Below, piece by piece: positions 63,447-64,000 of a stretch of 64,000 nucleotides of DNA (position 1 is the first letter of the stretch; every line of letters starts with the position of its first letter). Below the pieces are notes generated by a model that saw only the letters and a program-made list of their open reading frames with translations, ran no database searches and was not told the origin of the DNA. The position numbers were made by a program, and so were the translations under genes. This stretch comes from Polymyxa betae A26-41 (taxonomy: Eukaryota > Protista > Endomyxa: Phytomyxea), in assembly GCA_003693705.1 (NCBI GenBank), contig RBZT01000266.1:1-64000 (forward strand). The letters are read 5' to 3'.

Positions 63447-64000
63447 TCATGTTAGCGAATCTGTCGTGAAGCATTCGTCCAAGAAGCGAGTTGTGATTTC
63501 GGACCACTTCTCATCGACCAGCTTACAACAATCGATAGACATAATGGTCTGATCTATTATGTTTCTTACTGGTTCGCATGAAATTTCTTTTTCACATTGA
63601 ATTGTAGCAATCTGCCGATAGAACGACACCGTTTCTGATATTGGCTGCTGAAGCGGCTTTGCCATCGAAGGCTGGCAGAATCCTTTGACTCTTCGGATGC
63701 TCGACGTCCTCCATAATGATTTTAGCGGATCGAATAAGGCAAGAGAAGTTTCGCATTCCTGCGGTTCAACCGCAGCAGAATTAATTTTTTGAATGGCCGG
63801 CAACCGAAAAATAAGATACGGTCGATACAAAGGCAAGTTGTCATTTATCGGGTTGTTGGCGACCTCAATCTCATTTAAATCACGAAAGACGGAAAGCGTA
63901 TCTAACTAAAGATCGACTCAGACACAATTGGACACCAAATGCAATGTTATATGTACCTGATAGAATGTGTGAAGATCATTCTCACTGAACGATAGTTTCT
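63447..64000 (-). CDS. 3' end of a hypothetical gene running off the window
   Basis: Open frame of at least 129 codons to stop 63447 with a probable upstream intron near 63900-63955; no family recognised. Confidence 0.4.

Overview
Compact, intron-rich eukaryotic nuclear DNA with mostly 45-60 nt GT-AG introns and short spacers, from a flagellated protist (IFT140, TCTEX1D2, EVG1-like and TSNAXIP1-like genes). The gene set and TTT(T)AGGG-type repeats suggest a plasmodiophorid; this is inference, not a search result. About 29 protein genes and one tRNA-Gly(TCC) can be traced by hand. The main unexplained signal is at least 14 short telomere-type tracts (T2-4AGGG) in non-coding positions. They lie inside small introns (twice forming the GT donor itself, once carrying the branch-point-like CTAAT) or about 65-105 nt upstream of ATGs with fixed polarity. 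Many end in a stereotyped non-telomeric CCCTAG(CT), and they cluster in GC-rich blocks. Other highlights: a probable 13-exon, ~1397-aa fusion of a Gly-rich protein to an RGS-AGC (GRK-like) kinase whose introns carry a 20-nt element in sense/sense/antisense arrangement; an intron-containing AlkZ/HTH_42 DNA glycosylase beside a tRNA and a bacterial-type acetyltransferase; a Mini-III-like RNase III with tandem dsRBDs; and an LRR-HlyIII/PAQR fusion. All gene models are manual and untested against transcripts.
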